NCBI GenBank assembly: GCA_001643675.2
Contig: LSRY02000027.1
Coordinates: 496,001 to 560,000, forward strand
From: Monocercomonoides exilis PA203
Taxonomy: Eukaryota > Protista > Preaxostyla
Length of the DNA: 64,000 bases
Reading direction: 5' to 3'
Below the pieces are notes generated by a model, which was given only the letters and a program-made list of their open reading frames with translations, was not told the origin of the DNA and did not search any database. Positions 57,886-64,000 of the stretch are shown here, piece by piece. Position 1 is the first letter of the stretch, and every line of letters starts with the position of its first letter. The position numbers were made by a program, and so were the translations under genes.

Positions 57886-58984
57886 GATCAACAAACTTTT
57901 GTTTGAAATGTTTTTAATGAAGTCTCTCATTTTATTTATTAATTTATTTATTTGTTGACATTTTCCTACAATGCTGGATGCATTTGCATGGATGATGATA
58001 TATAGTTATTTAGTGTAGTAAAGCTCGAATTTTTCTATTCACAAAAGTGAAAATATTTCAATTTGAAATTTTTTGACATAGGTTTTTTTATTAATATGAG
58101 TTCAAAATAGCTCATGATTCACAATTGCATTTATTTTTTTTATTTCGAGGGAGGAAAATTCAATGAAATTGCTTTATTTTATTATTTTTTTTTTCAGTTT
58201 TTCAAATTCCATTAAATCAAAATTGTTCAAGGCAATTTCTTTGCCAAGATGTATTTAGATCTTTTGTCTACACTTTGACAGCAAAGCCACTTTGCAAAGT
58301 TTTTATATTTCTGTTGCTATTCAAGAACGTTTTGAAATTGTATCTCCTTCAAACTTTCGAACAAATTGAATACTCGTTTGAAAAACAAAGCACCATGAAA
58401 GGCAAGCAGAAATAGATTATGACTGTCAATTGAGCTTTCATGGACTTTTTGTACTTGAAATACATATTCATCCGAAAAAAATCAAATAAAAGTTAATCTT
58501 CTTCACAACCTACTCTCAGAATGATAATTCATTTCTATTATTCGAATCTTTTTGAAAAAAGAATCATTTTGATTGATAAATCATCCAATTAAAATTTTTA
58601 ATAAAAGAGGAAATTTTTCATTTATTCATGATATCTTTTTCTTTCATCTGAAAAGATTTAAATTTCTGTTTTTAATTCATAAAAAGATAATTTTTTTAAT
58701 GAACTTTATTCTTAGATGAAGACGAATTCAAACCAACAACCAAGGAGTTTCATAACATAATCGTTGAAATTTTATTTTAAGGAATATCAATAAATGATTT
58801 AAATACTTTTTTGAAGAATTCTTTTCGATGATTAAAAATAAACAATTTTCAACAAAACAATAACAAATTTGTGGTAAATAAAGGTAACAACTATTTAAAT
58901 ATGACAACAACAATAAAAGAAATCTTTGTTTTTAATCTTTGATTCACCAAAATTTCAACTTGATCGAACCCATCATTACTAAAG

Positions 58985-59965
58985 ATGTCAAGTGAAGAAT
59001 TTGACGAAATAGAAAAGAAGCTCAAGGAGTTAGAGACGCAAATTAATTTATTTGCTGATTCAGTTGAACATTTTGGGGTAGACACAAACAAGGTTTGCAG
59101 TGAACATATCTGTTATTTACAACTTTGATGTTTTTATGCTTTTGCTATTTTATTTTACAGACGCGTCAGCAAATAAAGTCAGAAAAGGACAAAATACGAT
59201 CAGACTTGAAATTTGCAAATGCAATGATAAAAGGAGCTGACGAAGATGACCTTCAGCTGGAAACATGGAAAATAGTGTGATATTCAAGTGGGACATAAAT
59301 GTTTTATTTTTATCTCCTTTAATTCGATTTCCATAAAAACAGAAAATAAATGAGCTACAAGGTGCTTACGATTCGGCTTGCACAGATTTTGATCAGAAAG
59401 TTAATTCAACTGGATCTGCAGCTCTTATTGATTCAAGCGCCCCAGCTCCTAAACAACCTAAAACTGAGGAAGACATGCTCGAACTTGGAAAAAAAATTCA
59501 AGCTGTTTGGTAGAATTTATTTTTCGAAAATATTTAGAATATAATTTATGCGTTTTTTTTTTCTGATTTCATTCATTATAAAAACAGGAAACGGAAGATT
59601 CATTGCAAAGAACTGCGCAAATGTCAAGCGAGACAGTAAGCGTTGCACAAAAAACCGCTGTACAATTAAGGAGCCAGACAGAACAAATGAATCGCATTGA
59701 AGATTCGCTTGTTGAATTGGATAGCGATATTGACAGAGGGAAAGCGTTTGTAGATAGTTTTTTGAGAAATTATTTTTCTTCAACTCACATTTAAAATTCG
59801 TTATTTATTATAATATAAATTTATTTATTTAGAGTACTAAGAAGAATGTTTCGTCGAGTGTGGAGTGATAAACTTCTCGTGGTACTTCTTTTGCTTATGG
59901 TTCTTGGAATCGCTGGAGTGCTTATTGCATCTGGAATTATTAATTCAAAAAAGAAGAATAAGTAA
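58985..59965 (+). CDS. Qb-SNARE, NPSN/Vti1-like, 5 exons
   Basis: Spliced product MSSEEFDEIEKKLKELE...ETEDSLQRTAQMSSETVSVAQKTAVQLRSQTEQMNRIEDSLVELDSDIDRGKAVLRRMFRRVWSDKLLVVLLLLMVLGIAGVLIASGII NSKKKNK*; helical N-domain, Q-SNARE heptads, tail anchor; four GT-AG introns. Confidence 0.85.
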
Positions 59966-60540
59966 TTTCAGAGAAACAGCATTTATTTTGTTTTTTTTTA
60001 AAAAATATTATCAAAAATAAACTTCACATCCCAAAACTCAAAATTCACTTTGTTTTATTTTATTTAATATGTATTTTCGTTGAATTTATAGATGATTTTT
60101 CATTTATCTTTTTTTCATTTCATAACTCATTTTTCCATCATTTTTCTTTTTCTTTTGTTTTTGAATAAACGAAATAAAAAATAATTGAATTCCTTGAATT
60201 GCTTTTTTTGAAGGGCAAAGTTCTTGCATAATTGCGAAAAACAACAATTTGTTCCAAACTTTTCCCACTATCTTATCAATATAAATCTAACATTCTTAAG
60301 CAAAATAAATATTGGAAAATTATGAGAATATTGAGAAAAGTCACGAAAAATTATGTGTGAAAAAATAATCAAAAAGTTAAAAATTATTCATTTGGAAAAC
60401 CCTCAAAATACAATTTTGACAATTTTTTCTTGAATTTTATAAAAAAATAACAAAAGTGATATTTGCAAAATAAAAATATAGGTTTATCATAATTATGAAA
60501 AAATGAAAAGGATTATATATATATATAATGGCGCAAGATC

Positions 60541-63500
60541 ATGGCCTCACAAGTTGATAGCTCAACCTCTGCTGTAGATTCGATTTTGGAAGCTTCTGCT
60601 CATGCTCCTGACCTAGCAAAAGTTCAGAACAATCTGGTCAACGAGGTTATATCAAAGAAAAGTACGCAGAAATCTGGAAAATATAGAGATTATGAAGCTT
60701 CAAATTTTGTTCAGATTCCAACCCTTCCATCTTTTCAAGGTTTATAAGCTTTATTGCAATATTATGTATTTTATGTATTTTTAATCTTTAATTATTTGCA
60801 GAAATTTCTCCTTGTGAGTATGACGATCATCTTATAAAAATGCTGGATGCATGTTGCTTTCCAGTCAACTGGAGTGAAGATGCTTCGGAACTCGAAATAC
60901 AATGTCGAGAAAGAAAGGGGCAATATTTAAAGGAAATTCTTCAATTTGTAACAAATCTGCAAGCTGAAACTTCTGATGATGAACCTCACATGGCTTTTCC
61001 AATGTCGACGTGGCCATCAATGAGGAAATTTGTTGAAGCAAACATTATTCATAATGTGCCTCCACCAGATATCATAAGTCAACTTGCAACAGATTTGGAT
61101 GAAGAAGATCCAATTTTGGAGGAATCTTGGCCTCATCTCGAAATTGTTTATGAAATCTTTCTTAAATTCATTCTTTCTCCTGAAGTCGAACCAAAACTTG
61201 CTAAGCTTCGTACAATTGATCAAAAACTTGTTCTTTCTTTATTGATGATGTTTGAATCTGAGGATCCAAGGGAAAGAGAAACGTTGAAATCAATTGTTCA
61301 TCGTATTTATGCGCGTTATACAGCGCATAGATCATTCGTTCGCAGCGCAATTTCTTCTATTTTCCACAACGTCAGTTATTTAGATCTTCGATTCAACGGA
61401 ACAGCAGAAGTTGTGGAGATTCTTCAATCTATTATCTCTGGCTTCACCGTGCCATTGAAGGAAGAATATCAAATTCTTTATGTTAAAACTCTTCTTCCTC
61501 TGCACATGTCAAGTACGCTGCAGATGTTTCACAAGCAGCTTTCAGCAGCCGTTGTGCTCTTTTTGCAGAAGGACCCGCTGTTTGCGTCGATGACTCTGAA
61601 GTATCTCTTCCACATATGGCCAAAGGTGAATTCTCCGAAAGAAGTGCTCTTGCTGAGTGAGATCGAAGATATCATTGACTGCGTGGGTGTGGACGTCATT
61701 ATGAAAGGCCAAAATCCGACTCTTTCGTGGATCACTCCAAATTCATCGCCTAGCCCGTCTCCTGTTCTGTCTTCAATTTCATCTCCTGCTTCAAATAATT
61801 CTCCCAATTTAAGCAGCACACTTGATGCAACATCGCCTCTTCGAGCGACTTCAGTTCAATCTGCTCGTTCCCCCTCCACAGGCGCTTCTGTTCCCCCTCC
61901 TTCTTCATCCCCATCCCCCTTCTCTTCCCCTTCCCCCCAAAAGAAGATGACACTTGTCCACCAGCTCTTCAAGAAGATTGGCGAGTGCATCGAATCCCAC
62001 CACTTCCAAGTGGCTGAGCGGGCACTCACATTCTTCGCGAACGAGAATGTGACGAAGCTGATTGAGCGGACGAAGCTGTCTACGATTCCGCTCCTGTTTG
62101 GGCCACTCTATGCGAACACGAAGAACCACTGGAGCAGCTCAGTGAAGACGCTGACGTATTCGGTGCTGAAGCTGCTGATGGAGACAGACCAGAAGATGTT
62201 CGAGTTCTGCGCGCAGAATGCGAATGCGCGCAATGAGAAGCGGCAGAACCCGCTGAGGTCGCCGCAGCAGTGGCGCCTGCTGGAGGAGAAGGCGCTGACG
62301 AACATACTGCTGGCGAAGAAGAGGCGGAGCACGGAGGCGAATGGGAGAAATGGGAGTGAAGAGAACAATACAAGTGTTAGTGTTAGTGTCAGTGCTAGTT
62401 CAAGTGTTAGTGCAAGAGAAGGTGCTGCTCCAGAACAATCAGCTGTTTCTGATTCTTCAATCAATGCCAACAACAATGCCAAAGAGAAAGAAAAAGAAAA
62501 AGAGAAGGACAATGGAAAGAGCTCAGCTGAGGATGATCTGTTGTGGTGGGAGCCATCCAACTTTGATGAGCTTCCAGACTGCAAAGAATGCCAGCAGAAT
62601 GCTGCTAGCAATAACAAGAGCAAAAGCAATAGAGAAGGTGTTATCAATAACAATAGCAGTAATACTAGTAATACTAGTAATAGTAACAACAGTTGCAGTT
62701 GCAATGATAAAAACAATGCCCATCTCAAAGAAATCGAGCTCTTCCACACGGTGAAGCACAAGCTGTCCACCTCAAATCTTTCACACAGACTGATCGATGC
62801 TCTCTTCACATCCACACTCACTGTGCCCCAGCCAACTTCTCCTCTCTTCTTCTCTTCTCCCTCTCCTTCTCCTTCCCCTCAGCCTTCCCCTTCTTTCACC
62901 CTCTTCTCCTCAAACTCTCTGGCAACTCCTGCCAAACCTAAAGACGCCTCGCTTTCTCTCCTTTCCTCTGCTCTTTCGTCTGCCTCACAAAAAAAGCCAC
63001 ACACAAACAGCACTCAGAGCTTAGCCAATGCGAAGGGAGAAGGAAGCAATAGCAGTAGCAATAGCAGTATCAGTAGCATTAGCAGTATCAGCAGTCACAA
63101 AGTGGAGTATGAGGAGGATGAAGAGGATGGAGTGGAGATGCCAGCAGCGCTTGTGCTGAAGCAGCAGACGCAGCTGAAGCAGCAGTCGGGTGTAAGGAGA
63201 CGGTCTCTTATTCCAGTGGGACACCACAAGGCAACAGCACAGCAGCTGAAGGCATTCCACAAGATAGACAGCATCGATCCTGAACACACGGCGATTGGAG
63301 AGAGCGATGAGAAGGAAGGCGAGGAGAAAGAGAAGGAAAAGGAGAAAGAGAAGGAAGAGAAAGAGAAAGAAGGGAAAACACATGGAGGAATGGAACATCA
63401 TGGAGCTACCACTAATTCCAATGTAAGCAACAGCCACAACATTTCGTTAAGCACAGCCAATAGCACTTCTAATAATAGCAATAACAATAACAACAATAAT

Positions 63501-64000
63501 AGTAATTCCAACTCTTCAGACAAACCCTATGTGATGGCAACTGATGACCCCACGCTTGCCTCTGCCCTCAGTGCAGCCTCGGCCATCAAAGCGAACAGTC
63601 ACATTTCTCCACTCTCTCGTTCAGTGGTGGCAGCAGCACAGTCGCAGAGCGGGCCGAGAAGGAGGTCGATGATTGGGTCAGCAGAGATCGATAGATCGAT
63701 GCAGGAGCATCTGAGGAAGCTGGCGATGGAGGTGAAGGAGAATGAAGGGGCAGGGGAGGAGAGAGAGAAGGAGAAGGAGAAGGAGAAGAAGGAAAATGAG
63801 AAGGAGAAAGAGAATGAATCAAGTGTTGCAATTAGTGGAAAAACTGTGGTAGCATCATCTTCTACTACTGCTACAACTCCTACAGCTTCTTTTCATTCAA
63901 GAATCTCAAAAACGAAAGTTATTGGCAATTGTGATGGTTTTCCAAGAGTTGCATCATCTTCTAGTGCTTCAACAACTTCTTCATCATCATCGCCTTCTTC
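60541..64000 (+). CDS. Protein phosphatase 2A regulatory subunit B' (B56/RTS1 family), 3'-truncated by the window edge
   Basis: Exon 1 60541-60739, intron 60740-60801, then an open frame to the window end (hence absent from the ORF track). Motifs EEDPILEESWPHLEIVYE, FESEDPRERE, ISGFTVPLKEE, WPKVNSPKE, HFQVAERAL, HWSSSV. Confidence 0.95.

Noticed and set aside
1-64000. Non-standard genetic code (TAA/TAG = Gln, as in some metamonads)
   Set aside because: Multi-kb ORFs lack in-frame TAR, and conserved genes (Serinc, SNARE) end at TAA exactly where expected
1-64000. tRNA, rRNA or CRISPR arrays
   Set aside because: No cloverleaf, rRNA-like or repeat-spacer pattern recognised by eye; a tRNAscan/Infernal run would be needed to exclude small RNAs

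Overview
Eukaryotic, AT-rich, intron-containing genomic DNA read with the standard genetic code (TAA/TAG/TGA are all used as stops). Gene style (GT-AG introns of about 50-140 nt, giant GGA-repeat membrane proteins, Ser-rich insertions) suggests an anaerobic metamonad protist, most likely an oxymonad such as Monocercomonoides; this is an inference. After splicing I reconstruct about 12 genes. Four are paralogous type-I surface proteins built from 1-8 tandem 'CGxxxxPC + GGA/FxxN beta-helix' modules and sharing a membrane-proximal domain. Two of these are about 4000-aa giants ending in a degenerate kinase-like domain, each broken by a single 1-nt frameshift. The others are a Serinc-family membrane protein, a 2233-aa Ser-rich protein with a fragmented ANTH-like domain, a kelch/Cys-rich multi-pass membrane protein, a cyclin-fold protein, a class II-like HDAC, an NPSN/Vti1-like Qb SNARE, a PP2A B' (B56) subunit running off the right edge, and a SPRY-like fragment. 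Non-coding features are a 206-bp foldback/MITE-like element with a solo degenerate arm, a decayed pogo-type DDE transposase, and simple repeats. The best candidate for an undescribed system is the modular Pmp-like receptor/pseudokinase family. All family assignments come from motifs recognised by eye; no searches were run.
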